NCBI GenBank assembly: GCA_027311125.1 | Contig: DAICZO010000162.1 | Location: forward strand, 92 to 64,091 | Direction: 5' to 3' | Length of the DNA: 64,000 nt | Source of the DNA: Acidobacteriaceae bacterium | GTDB lineage: Bacteria; Acidobacteriota; Terriglobia; Terriglobales; Acidobacteriaceae | Shown here: in pieces, positions 20,297 to 30,064 of the stretch | Layout of the letters: each line of letters begins with the position of its first letter | Position numbering within the stretch: the stretch's first letter is position 1 | The notes under the pieces: model-generated | Databases searched by the model: none | Seen by the model: the letters and a program-made list of their open reading frames with translations, nothing else | What the model was told of the DNA's origin: nothing | Translations under genes and position numbers: made by a program

Positions 20297-21769
20297 ATGA
20301 GTCTGACGGTGAGGCCTGTGCAATCCGTGCCCGCGACTGCTGCCGGGGTGCATGCCACGAAGCATGCGGCGGCGTTGTCTTCGGTGCTGGCGGCGTTTGG
20401 GATTACGCTGCTGAAGCTGATTACGGGGTTGCTGACCGGCTCGCTGGGGATGCTGTCGGAGGCGGCCCACTCGGGTATTGACCTGATTGCGGCGGCGATT
20501 ACCTTGTTTTCGGTTCGGGTGTCGGACCGGCCTGCGGATGATGTGCACAACTATGGTCACGGGAAGGTTGAGTCGCTGTCTGCGTTTGTAGAGACGGTGC
20601 TGATGCTGGGCTCGTGCTTGTGGATTTTGAAGGAAGCGGTGCACCGGATACTGTTTCGGCAGCACCTGACGCTGGCCTTTTCGGTCTGGCCGTTTGCGGT
20701 GCTGCTGTTGTCGATTGTGGTGGACTATACGCGCTCTCGCAATCTGCATCGCGTGGCGCAGTTGCATCACAGCGAGGCGCTGGAGGCGGATGCGATCCAC
20801 TTTTCGACCGATATATGGTCTTCGCTGTCGGTGTTTTTGGGGCTGTGTGCGACGTATGCGGGGCAGCGGTGGCATGTACCGATGCTGGAGCTGGCTGACC
20901 CGATGGCGGCGATTATTGTGTCGGCAATTATTCTGCGGATCAGCTGGCTGCTGTTTCGGCGGACGATCGACACGCTGACGGATGCGACGACGGCGCACTC
21001 GCAGAGCCGACACGACATTATCGAAGACCTGGCTGCCATCCCTGGGGTGTTGTCGGTGGATCGGCTGCGGACGCGGCGTTCGGGCCCCAGCTACTTTGCG
21101 GATGTGACGCTGGGGATGACGCGGAACCTGACGTTTCAGCGAACGGAGCAACTGACGCGGGCAGCCACGGAGGCGGTGCAGCGGCATCTGCCGGGAGCGG
21201 ATGTGGTGGTCCACTCGATCCCTACGGCGTCGCGGGCGGAGAGCATCCATGACCGCATCCGCGCGGTGGCAGCGCGCGCCAACCTGGCGATCCACGACGT
21301 GACGGTACACCAGTTGGGAGACAGCCTGCATGTGGACCAGCACCTGGAGGTGGATGAGACGATGCCGCTACGTGCGGCGCATGCGCTGGTGACGCAGTTG
21401 GAGTCTGAGATGCGCCGCGAGCTGCCGGAGGTGTCGTCGATCTTAACGCATATTGAGTCGGAGCCGGCGACGATTGAGCAGTTGGATTCAGTGGACCGCG
21501 ACCGGCAGTTGGAGCAGCGCCTGCGCGATGTGGCGATGGGATTTCCGGATATTCTGGATATCCACGAGGTGCTGGTCACGCGGGCTGGGGATGCGAATCA
21601 TCTGCATAGCCGCATCCAGGTATCGTGCCATTGCACACTGCCGGACGACCTGCCGATGTCGCAGGTGCATGCGGTGATTACCGCGCTGGAGTCGGCGTTT
21701 CGACTGGATTCGCCGGAGGTGACCCGGCTGCTGATCCATCCGGAACCGGCCACGGATAACCGCCGTTAG
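20297..21769 (+). CDS. Cation diffusion facilitator (CDF) transporter with repeated C-terminal domains
   Basis: EAAHSGID, HNYGHGKVE, ADAIHFSTD; three C-terminal modules ending VVHSIP, THIES and IHPEP. Confidence 0.9.
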   Translation: MSLTVRPVQSVPATAAGVHATKHAAALSSVLAAFGITLLKLITGLLTGSLGMLSEAAHSGIDLIAAAITLFSVRVSDRPADDVHNYGHGKVESLSAFVETVLMLGSCLWILKEAVHRILFRQHLTLAFSVWPFAVLLLSIVVDYTRSRNLHRVAQLHHSEALEADAIHFSTDIWSSLSVFLGLCATYAGQRWHVPMLELADPMAAIIVSAIILRISWLLFRRTIDTLTDATTAHSQSRHDIIEDLAAIPGVLSVDRLRTRRSGPSYFADVTLGMTRNLTFQRTEQLTRAATEAVQRHLPGADVVVHSIPTASRAESIHDRIRAVAARANLAIHDVTVHQLGDSLHVDQHLEVDETMPLRAAHALVTQLESEMRRELPEVSSILTHIESEPATIEQLDSVDRDRQLEQRLRDVAMGFPDILDIHEVLVTRAGDANHLHSRIQVSCHCTLPDDLPMSQVHAVITALESAFRLDSPEVTRLLIHPEPATDNRR

Positions 21770-21798
21770 CCTGGTACGTTGTATGCTGAGCGCAGACC

Positions 21799-22626
21799 AT
21801 GAAGCGATTTTTCAACCTGATTCTCGGTGCGCTTGCGATGTTGACGGTGGCGCTGCTGTCGGCGTACCTGGCGATGCGCATTACCATCCATGGACGTGAG
21901 GTGGTGGTGCCGGACCTGACGGGGCTGACGCTGGCGGATGCGGGTGCAAAGACAAGCGGGCTGGGCCTGCGGATCAACCTGCAGGATCGCTTTTATGCGC
22001 CGAATGTCGCGGCAGGACATGTGATTGCGCAGTCGCCGGCGGCGGGGTCGAAGGTGCGGCGGGAGTGGGCTGTGCGCGTGACGGAGAGCCTGGGGCCGCA
22101 GCAGGTAGATATCCCAAACCTGATTGGGCAGACGGAGCGCCCGGCTGCGATTGCGATCCGGCAGCGGTCGCTGGAGGTGGGCGTGATTGCGCATCTGCCA
22201 GCAGGCGGTGATGCGGGCATCATTCTGGCGCAGACGCCGACGCCGGATGCGCAGGGCATCGATAGACCGCGGGTGAGCCTGCTGTTGAGTGAGCCGCAGG
22301 ACCCCGCGCAGGGGCCAGCTTTTGTGATGCCTTCGTTGTCGGGGTTGACGCTGGCTGCAGCCTCGGCACGCACGGCTGCAGTTGGGCTGCACCTGGTGAG
22401 TGCGGAAGATGTGGCGGCCCCAGTACCGGCGGCGGCATCGACGGCAGTGCCGACAGCATCACCGACAACGGCGGCGACAGCAGCGGCGGGGACGGCAGCG
22501 GCTTCAGCCCCAGCAGCACCTGCGGCGGTGCCGACGTTTACGATGGGCACGGTGGTGGCGCAGAGCCCTCCGGCGGGCTACAGGGTGGTCCCGGGTGATG
22601 CGGTGAAGATCACGCTGGGCCACTAA
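21799..22626 (+). CDS. PASTA-domain protein
   Basis: N-terminal TM segment; three VPDLTG..AQSP repeats. Confidence 0.88.
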   Translation: MKRFFNLILGALAMLTVALLSAYLAMRITIHGREVVVPDLTGLTLADAGAKTSGLGLRINLQDRFYAPNVAAGHVIAQSPAAGSKVRREWAVRVTESLGPQQVDIPNLIGQTERPAAIAIRQRSLEVGVIAHLPAGGDAGIILAQTPTPDAQGIDRPRVSLLLSEPQDPAQGPAFVMPSLSGLTLAAASARTAAVGLHLVSAEDVAAPVPAAASTAVPTASPTTAATAAAGTAAASAPAAPAAVPTFTMGTVVAQSPPAGYRVVPGDAVKITLGH

Positions 22627-22632
22627 GGGGAG

Positions 22633-24063
22633 TTAGTCCCGGGCGAGAACCACCGCAAAGAAGCCGTCGCAGCCGTGGACCCCGGGCAGGGTTCGGAGAG
22701 CGCCGTTGCGAATGGCTGATTCCGGCTGCGTGCCTTGCGGGAGTGCGATTCCGCCGGGAAGATCGAGCAGCACGTCTTCGATGGGGATGCGGCGGAGGTT
22801 GTGCTCGGCGACCAACGCGTCGACGACCTGCTCGCACTCCTCCGGCTCGAGGGAGCAGGTGGAGTAGACGAGCCTTCCACCGGGGGCCAGACGCTGCAAG
22901 GCACCGCGCAGAATTCGCTTCTGGCGAGTGGACTGCCGCTCCAGCTCTTCGACGCGGAGGACGTGGCGAATCTCAGGGTTTCCGGCGAGGGTTCCGGTTC
23001 CGCTGCAGGGGACATCACAGAGGATGAGATCGAATTCGCCGCGGACGTTTTTCTCCTCCGCGGCATCGGCTACGGCGCACTTGACCCGCTCGGCGTAGGC
23101 ATGGCGGCGCATGCGGGCCTGCATCTGCGCGAGGCGCCGGGCGCTGACATCGGTCGCGAGCACTTCGGCCTGGGGCAGGCGCAGGGCCAGAATGAGCGTC
23201 TTGCCGCCGGGAGCGGCACAGCAATCCCAGACGCGCGCCGGTCGATCGAGCCCGGCAGGCATGGCTGCGGCCGCAATCTCGGCGACGAGACGGGAGCCAT
23301 CGTCCATAACCGGCAGGGCTGCGGCGGGGTCGGAATCCGGAGCGAACATTCCGCCTTCGCCATGCTCGTGCTGATCGGCTTTGCAGATCTTCAGCGCGGC
23401 GTCTCGCCCGTAGGCCTTGACCCAGCGCTCGACAAGCCAGAGTGGATGCCCCAGCCGCTCGGCAAATGCCGCGGTGGACTCGAAGACTCTGACGCCTGGC
23501 TTTTGTGCCGCGGCCACTTTGCGCAGGACGGCATTGACCATGCCGGTTGCGTGGGGCTGGCCCGCCGCGCGGCATAACTCGACGCTCTCACTCAAGGCTG
23601 CGTGGACGGGGATGCGGTCCATGTGGAGCAACTGGAAGGCGCCCATGCGGAGGGCGATCGCGACCTCCTCAGCCAGCCGCTGCTCTGGCCGCTGCAGCAG
23701 GCCGCGCACGCGCGCATCGAGTGCGATCTGCCAGCGGAGTACGCCCATGACCAAGGCGGTTGCCAGATTTCGATCCTCGGGTGACAGAGCGTCGGTGCGT
23801 TGCGAGTGCAGCAACTCGTCACTGTGGCCCTTGCCCTGGCCTACCAGCATGAGAATCTCAAACGCAGCCCAGCGAGCCGGCGAGACCTTGGCCAATGCCT
23901 CGGCCACGGACAACGTGGGGCCCGCGCCGGTGGACCGACCCTTGACTGCTCCGTTCCCCGGTCTCCTGATGGGAGCGCCAGCGCGCACAGACGGCCTGGC
24001 GGTCGTTGCTGGTCCCGACGGTCTGCGGACTCCTGAGTGCGGTCCTGTGCCGGACTTCTTCAT
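22633..24063 (-). CDS. rsmB: 16S rRNA m5C methyltransferase RsmB/Sun with NusB-like N-domain
   Basis: DCCAAPGGKT, DVPCSGTG, YSTCS; lies next to fmt and def. Confidence 0.88.
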   Translation of the reverse strand: MKKSGTGPHSGVRRPSGPATTARPSVRAGAPIRRPGNGAVKGRSTGAGPTLSVAEALAKVSPARWAAFEILMLVGQGKGHSDELLHSQRTDALSPEDRNLATALVMGVLRWQIALDARVRGLLQRPEQRLAEEVAIALRMGAFQLLHMDRIPVHAALSESVELCRAAGQPHATGMVNAVLRKVAAAQKPGVRVFESTAAFAERLGHPLWLVERWVKAYGRDAALKICKADQHEHGEGGMFAPDSDPAAALPVMDDGSRLVAEIAAAAMPAGLDRPARVWDCCAAPGGKTLILALRLPQAEVLATDVSARRLAQMQARMRRHAYAERVKCAVADAAEEKNVRGEFDLILCDVPCSGTGTLAGNPEIRHVLRVEELERQSTRQKRILRGALQRLAPGGRLVYSTCSLEPEECEQVVDALVAEHNLRRIPIEDVLLDLPGGIALPQGTQPESAIRNGALRTLPGVHGCDGFFAVVLARD

Positions 24064-24995
24064 AGGCCCAACCGTTCGCCGCTCTTGACCTGATGCCCAT
24101 GCAAAAACTCTGCTGCCGTCATACGCTTCTTCCCTTCCATCTGTACCTCAACCAGCTGTAGCGCGGACTGCTGGGCACACACAACCAGCAGCGAATCGCC
24201 GCGCACGACTAAGGTTCCGGCCTCGCCTGCGAGAGTCTCGGGCAGGACTTGGAGGCGATGCGCGATCAACTTTTTGCCGCGGAGCGTGGTGTGCGCTCCG
24301 GGCCATGGCTGGAAGCCGCGCCAACGGTCGTAGAGCACCTTCGCAGTCCGCGAAAAATCCATCCTGCCATCGTCCCGCGTCAGGATCGGGGCCAACGTTC
24401 CCAGTGAGTTATCCTGCGGCTGGGCGAAGAGTGTGCCTGCCTCCAGGCCGCGCAGGGTCTCCACCATCAGCTCTGCTCCGACCGCGGCAAGTGCCTCGTA
24501 CACGCCTACTGCGGTCTCTTCGCTTCCGATCGGGACTGCCCGCGCCAGAAGCATATCGCCGGTATCCAGGCCGGCGTCGATGCGCATGGTGGTGACGCCT
24601 GTTACCGTCTCGCCGTTGGCCACGGCCCACTGGATGGGAGCCGCGCCACGATACCGGGGCAACAGGCTTCCATGCAGGTTGATATTGCCGAGCGGGGGCA
24701 GATCGAGCATCCACTGGGGAATAATCCGACCATAGGCCACTACCAGAATTACCTGCGGCGCGATGGCCTCCATCTGTGCCCGAAACTCTGCGTTGTTCCT
24801 GATCTTCTCCGGCTGCACGACTGGAATTCCGTGTTCCACAGCGACGCGCTTGACCGGAGGAGCATGCATCTCCATTCCCCGCCCTGCTGCCCGGTCGGGC
24901 TGCGTGACGACCAGCGCCACCTGATGCCCGGCGGCGATCACGGCCTGCAGGGTTGGCACGGCGAACTCCGGAGTCCCACAAAACACGACCTTCAT
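24060..24995 (-). CDS. fmt: Methionyl-tRNA formyltransferase
   Basis: GTPEFA, TQPDR, NLHGSLLPRYRGAAPIQ. Confidence 0.97.
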   Translation of the reverse strand: MKVVFCGTPEFAVPTLQAVIAAGHQVALVVTQPDRAAGRGMEMHAPPVKRVAVEHGIPVVQPEKIRNNAEFRAQMEAIAPQVILVVAYGRIIPQWMLDLPPLGNINLHGSLLPRYRGAAPIQWAVANGETVTGVTTMRIDAGLDTGDMLLARAVPIGSEETAVGVYEALAAVGAELMVETLRGLEAGTLFAQPQDNSLGTLAPILTRDDGRMDFSRTAKVLYDRWRGFQPWPGAHTTLRGKKLIAHRLQVLPETLAGEAGTLVVRGDSLLVVCAQQSALQLVEVQMEGKKRMTAAEFLHGHQVKSGERLGL

Positions 24996-25037
24996 TTCAC
25001 CCTGCCTTCTACCTGCTGCGGCTGCTTTCGCGTGCAG

Positions 25038-25553
25038 TTACCACTCACCGTTTTTGATCATCTTCTTCATCTTGCGCATGACGAGGTCACGCTTCAAACG
25101 GCTGAGCCGATCGATAAAAAGAATCCCGTCCAAGTGGTCGACCTCGTGCTGGATGGCGCGCGCGAGCAACTCATCGCCTTCTACTTCGATCCACTCGCCG
25201 TGGACGTTCTGGGCCCGGGCCTTCACCCACTCTGCCCGCGTGACCTTCTCGCGAATCTCCGGCAGGCTGAGGCAGCCCTCTTCCTCCACCTGCCTGCCTT
25301 TGCGCTCAATGATCTCCGGATTGATGAGGACGATCTTCTCGTCAGGATTTTTCTTGAAGCTCACGTCGATGACGCAGAGCCGTTGTGAGATGGCGATCTG
25401 CGGTGCGGCCAGCCCGATGCCCTGCGCTGCGTACATGCTCTCGAACATCTCGTCGACCAGCGTCTTCAATTTGGCGTCGAACACCGTGACCGGCGCACCT
25501 ACCTTCGCCAACACTGGCTCCGGCCACTTCACGACTTCATGAATCTTTCCCAT
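25038..25553 (-). CDS. def: Peptide deformylase
   Basis: GIGLAAPQ, EGCLS, QHEVDHLDG; ATG overlaps the aroC stop (TGATG). Confidence 0.97.
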   Translation of the reverse strand: MGKIHEVVKWPEPVLAKVGAPVTVFDAKLKTLVDEMFESMYAAQGIGLAAPQIAISQRLCVIDVSFKKNPDEKIVLINPEIIERKGRQVEEEGCLSLPEIREKVTRAEWVKARAQNVHGEWIEVEGDELLARAIQHEVDHLDGILFIDRLSRLKRDLVMRKMKKMIKNGEW

Positions 25554-26728
25554 CAGTACGCCTTTATCTGTTCGCAATATCCATCAAAGTTTCGCTTGAG
25601 TTCGCGGAGTGAATCGCCGCCAAACTTCTCGAGCGCCAGCCTTGCCACTGCGAGCGCGACCATGGCCTCTGCGGCAACGCCTGCGGCCGGGACCACACAG
25701 ACATCGCTGCGCTCGTAGGCTGCCTTGACGGGCTCGCGCGTCTCAAAACTGACGCTGCCGAGCGGCCGGCGCAGCGTCGAAATCGGCTTCAGATATCCGC
25801 GCACGACGACGTCTTCACCGTTCGAGATACCGCCTTCAATTCCACCGGCGTTGTTCTTCTCGCGGGAAAACCTGGTGAAGGCTTCGTCGGCACCTTCGTA
25901 GGCGATCGCGTCGTGCACGCTCGATCCGAGCAACTCCGCTGCGGTAACGCCGCGACCGATCTCCACTGCCTTGACGGCCTGGAGGCTCATTACTGCCTGG
26001 GCCAAGAGGCCATCGAGACGCTCGTCCCAGTTGGCATGTGTGCCCACGCCCGGCGGCAACCCATGCACGACCACCTCGAACACGCCGCCGATGGTGTCCC
26101 CGGTCCGGAGGACTGCGTCTACCTCAGCCTTCATTGCAGCTTCGCTGTCCGCGTCGACGCAGTTGAGCAGCACGGTCTCTTTGGCGTTGAGCGCGGCGAT
26201 CTCTGCCCACTCCGCGGGACGTTGCAGCTCGGCTTTGCCGACCCGAATGACGTGGCTGGCGACCTCTACGCCGATGGAGCGCAGCAGCAGTTTGGCCAGG
26301 GCTCCGGCGGCCACCCGCGCGGCGCTCTCGCGGGCGCTGGCCCGTTCGAGGACGTAGCGTGCATCGGCGAAGTCATACTTGAGGCTGCCGGCGAGATCTG
26401 CATGGCCAGGCCGTGGAGAGGCCACCGCCTTGTGCTTGGTGGGGTCGCCCTCTTCGACCGGCAGAATCTCTCCCCAGTTCTTCCAGTCGTTATTGGCCAA
26501 GGTCATGGCAATGGGCGATCCGATGGTTTTGCCGTGGCGCACGCCGCTGAGGATGTGGGCGGTATCGCGCTCAATCCGCATGCGGCCGCCACGGCCGTAG
26601 CCCTGCTGGCGCCGCCAAAGCTCGTGGTTGATGAACTCCTGCTCGACGGGAACGCCCGCCGGCATACCGCTCACCATCGCCACCAGACTTTCGCCGTGGC
26701 TCTCTCCCGCTGTAGAAAAACGCAACAT
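25553..26728 (-). CDS. aroC: Chorismate synthase
   Basis: TAGESHG, RPGHAD, ERASARES, KPISTL, RSDVC. Confidence 0.97.
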   Translation of the reverse strand: MLRFSTAGESHGESLVAMVSGMPAGVPVEQEFINHELWRRQQGYGRGGRMRIERDTAHILSGVRHGKTIGSPIAMTLANNDWKNWGEILPVEEGDPTKHKAVASPRPGHADLAGSLKYDFADARYVLERASARESAARVAAGALAKLLLRSIGVEVASHVIRVGKAELQRPAEWAEIAALNAKETVLLNCVDADSEAAMKAEVDAVLRTGDTIGGVFEVVVHGLPPGVGTHANWDERLDGLLAQAVMSLQAVKAVEIGRGVTAAELLGSSVHDAIAYEGADEAFTRFSREKNNAGGIEGGISNGEDVVVRGYLKPISTLRRPLGSVSFETREPVKAAYERSDVCVVPAAGVAAEAMVALAVARLALEKFGGDSLRELKRNFDGYCEQIKAY

Positions 26729-26848
26729 TGATCTCTCTCGTAAGCTGCTAAAAACTCAGTCCAAACCTAGATTGTAACAACCGGAGCCGTATGGCGGGCA
26801 GCAGACACGCGACGCGCAGAGCGATCCGATGCGGGCGACGATTGCGGG

Positions 26849-27829
26849 TTACTCGTCCTTTAGAAACGCGACCGAGTTGAGCACGGGGCGATCCATGCTG
26901 CGAACCCAGTCGGTCATCTCGTCGGCAGCCTTGCCGTTGGCGGTGGCCTTGGCAAACTCGTTGCGCATGGCCTGCATCTTGGCCTCGACGTCGTCCAGTG
27001 CACTGAGCAGGACCGCCTCGGGAGTCATGGGGAGCTTGGGCGATCCAAACTCATACTTGCCGTGGTGGCTGAGGATCATGTGCTAGACCAGTACGCGCAG
27101 CCGCTCCGGAAAGGGATGCAGTTGCTTCACCTTTTCCAGCAACATTCCCTGGGCGATGCTGATGTGGCCGATCATCTGGCCTTCGAGGGTGTAGCCGAAG
27201 CTGTTCTTCCAACTGAGTTCACGGATCTTGCCGATGTCGTGCAGGATGGCGCCGGTAACGAGCAGATCGGCGTTGACCTCGGGATAAAACGGCGCCGTAG
27301 CAAGGCACACGCGCACGAGCGTCAAGACATGCTCCAACAGTCCACCAAGCCAGGCGTGGTGCAGGGTCTTGGCAGCCGGTGCGGCTCGAAACGCGGCTCC
27401 GATCTCCGCATCATCGAGGAACGCGAAGACCAGCCGCTTCAAGTCGGGGTTATGGAACGCGTCGACATAGGCGCGGAGTTCGGACCACATCTCGTCGACA
27501 TCGAAGCGGGTAGCGGGCAGATAATCCGCGGGATCAATCTCGCTCTCGGCGGCACAACGCATCTTGGTCAAGGTGATCTGAAACTTGCCCTGATACTTGG
27601 AGATCTGCCCCTGCGCCTTGACATAGCAGCCCTCGGAGCAGGAGGTCATTGCCTCAGCGATGTCGTCCCACATCTTCGCTTCGAGCGAACCGGTCTTGTC
27701 GGCCAGCACCAGCGCGAGGTACTGCCCACCTTGCTTTTTCTCGCGCACCTGCATGGAGGACAACGCAAAATAGGTTGTCACTACCTTGTTTTCGAGCTTG
27801 ACGGCATCGGCTATGTAAAAGTCTTTCAT
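26849..27829 (-). pseudogene. YhaM/Cbf1-like OB-fold plus HD 3'-5' exonuclease interrupted by an in-frame TAG at 27083-27085
   Basis: HHAWLGGLLEH, LHDIGK, GHI; reads [10 protein letters not shown] in one frame across the two ORF-track pieces. Confidence 0.8.
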
Positions 27830-27867
27830 CTGCACCAGAATACCTTGCCCAGGGTAGTGGCCAACGA

Positions 27868-27898
27868 GCAACGCGGAGACCGAAGTCTCCGCGTCGCT
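27868..27898 (-). terminator. Stem-loop downstream of the PPIase gene
   Basis: acgcggagac/gtctccgcgt inverted repeat. Confidence 0.45.
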
Positions 27899-27918
27899 GT
27901 TTCCGTGCTGGTTTTAGC

Positions 27919-29805
27919 TTAGTTTGGCTGGGTTCCGGTTGTTGGCGCCGGAGCGGGGTTGGTGGTTCCGTCACCTGCGGCCGGCGGAGCGGGATTGGGC
28001 TTCGGCGTCCGGTACGGCATGGGCTCGGCCGGCGGCGGTGCTGGCTCCTTGGCTTTCTTCTGTAGCCGTTCTTTGGCAACACCCTTGGCCCGCTTCTTTT
28101 TGACCTTTTTGGCGGTATCGCCGTTGAGGCCAAGCGGCGCGGCCTGGGTGGCGGCTGCGGCTTTTTCGTCCGCGGTCATGGGGACGGGAGCAATGGCTGC
28201 CTTCTCCTTGATGGCGCTGACTTTCTTAGCCTTCTTTGCGGCTTCGATCTCCTTCTGGCGGTCGCTGAACCGGGCCTTTTTGACTACGGGCGCCTTGGGG
28301 GCCAATGGATCGGCATCGGAGGTCGAAGAGATTTCGGTGGTGGTGTCGACCGGAGCGATGGCGGCACCGGGGGCTACGGCTGAGCCCTGTGCGATCGCTG
28401 CCGAAGCTGCACCGGCACCCATATCGGTGCCCACTGCGGTCTCCTGCTGGCCACCCGGGAGAGAGTTACGCGGAGCCTGTCCGAAACGGACCTTCTCACG
28501 CTTGATCTTCTTCTTTTTGCCGTTGGTCTTGACGGCCTTGGCAGTGGGTGCGGCAGGAGTCGCCGGCTTGGGGGTTGCGGCTGCGTTGTCGGCAGCTGTG
28601 GTGTTGCCCCCGACGGCTGCCGGGGAGAAGTGTCCGCCACGATCGAACCGCTGCTTCTGTTGCACCTTCTTCTTCTTGACGACCGGTGGCGCGTAGGCCG
28701 TAAATACTGGCTTGGTCTGCTTGGCGCTGGCCCCGGTATCCACAAAACCAGGCTTGATGTCGATGTAAGCCTCTTCGCGCAGATGCGTCAGATACGCACG
28801 CAGGGCTGGCTGAAGCTGGTCCATGTACATCGCTTCCTGAATCTGCGGCTCAATGTCCTTGAGGGGTGGAACGCCTGCGGCCTGATGCTCAGTGACCTTG
28901 AGGATGACGAAGCCCTGGCGAGTGCGAATTGGGGCGGTGGACTGCCCTGCCTTGAGGCCGAAGGTCTGGTCTTCCAACACCTTGGCGAGCGCGCCGCGCT
29001 TGAATAAGCCAAGGTCGCCGCCCTGTGCTGCCGTGGGCCCACCAGAGTAGGTCTTCGCCAGATCTTCAAATTTGCTACCAGCTGCGAGTTTGGCGGCAAC
29101 ATCGGCGGCCTTCGCCTGGGCCTGTGCGACGACGTCGTCCTTCGCATCGGCCGGGGTTGGGATGAGTATCTCGCTGAGGCGAATCTGCTCGGGCTGTTCA
29201 AACTCGTTTTTGTGCGCCTCGTAGAACGACTGCTCCTGCGCCTGGGTCATCTGCAGGCGGCGGCCCACCTCGTCGCGGACGACCTGCTGGGTAATGACGG
29301 TGTTGCGGATGTTGGCCTTGAAGTCCTCGAAGGATACGCCCTGCTGACGGGCTGCCTTCTCGAGATCTTCCATGGTGTCGAGGTGGTTCTGCTTGCGGAT
29401 TTCGTCGAGCCGGCGAATGACTTCAGCGTCAGCGTTCAGGCCAAGCTCTTTGCCACGCGAGAGCAGCAGTTGCTGGTCGATCATGTCGCGCAGCATGTTC
29501 TTGCGGCGTTCGGCTGCGTCGGCGGGGCTGGCGTTGGTCTGCTGCAGTTCCTGCTCCAACTGCTGCTGGCTGCGTTCGACGTCGCTGCGGCTGATGATCT
29601 GATCGTTGACCCGCACGATCACATCCTCGACCACGGTCCCGTTGGGCGTGATTGCGACGGGCGTTGGCAACGTGAGTTGCGGTTGCGGCGCGGCTGGCAC
29701 GGCGTAAGGGCTTTGGTAACGCGGAGTCTGGGCAGACACCGCTCCCGGCAACGCGATCAGGCTGAGCCCGCACACGACCGCTAACTGCGAAATTCTCAAG
29801 GTCAT
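27919..29805 (-). CDS. SurA/PrsA-like peptidyl-prolyl isomerase with Lys/Ala/Pro-rich tail
   Basis: Signal peptide; SurA N-domain (VRVNDQII); parvulin motif FEDLAKTYS..GGDLG; start approximate. Confidence 0.88.
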   Translation of the reverse strand: MTLRISQLAVVCGLSLIALPGAVSAQTPRYQSPYAVPAAPQPQLTLPTPVAITPNGTVVEDVIVRVNDQIISRSDVERSQQQLEQELQQTNASPADAAERRKNMLRDMIDQQLLLSRGKELGLNADAEVIRRLDEIRKQNHLDTMEDLEKAARQQGVSFEDFKANIRNTVITQQVVRDEVGRRLQMTQAQEQSFYEAHKNEFEQPEQIRLSEILIPTPADAKDDVVAQAQAKAADVAAKLAAGSKFEDLAKTYSGGPTAAQGGDLGLFKRGALAKVLEDQTFGLKAGQSTAPIRTRQGFVILKVTEHQAAGVPPLKDIEPQIQEAMYMDQLQPALRAYLTHLREEAYIDIKPGFVDTGASAKQTKPVFTAYAPPVVKKKKVQQKQRFDRGGHFSPAAVGGNTTAADNAAATPKPATPAAPTAKAVKTNGKKKKIKREKVRFGQAPRNSLPGGQQETAVGTDMGAGAASAAIAQGSAVAPGAAIAPVDTTTEISSTSDADPLAPKAPVVKKARFSDRQKEIEAAKKAKKVSAIKEKAAIAPVPMTADEKAAAATQAAPLGLNGDTAKKVKKKRAKGVAKERLQKKAKEPAPPPAEPMPYRTPKPNPAPPAAGDGTTNPAPAPTTGTQPN

Positions 29806-30064
29806 CTTCACTCGTATCTTTATCAACGTCCGCGATTGGGATGCCATCGATCAACACTCCCGAACCCGTCATTAAGACTCGATGCAGGGATCGAACGGTA
29901 TCCAGACATAATTCTAACCGCCACCGCCTTATCGTGCGAATCCCACCCCTGTCCTGCTGCGTCGCTCACCTGCCAGTGCTATACTCCGTCCAAAGTAGGA
30001 CGGTATTCCACCGGACCCACCGCGCTCGCTCAGGCACCGTTTTACATCGAGGTCATACCCGCCC

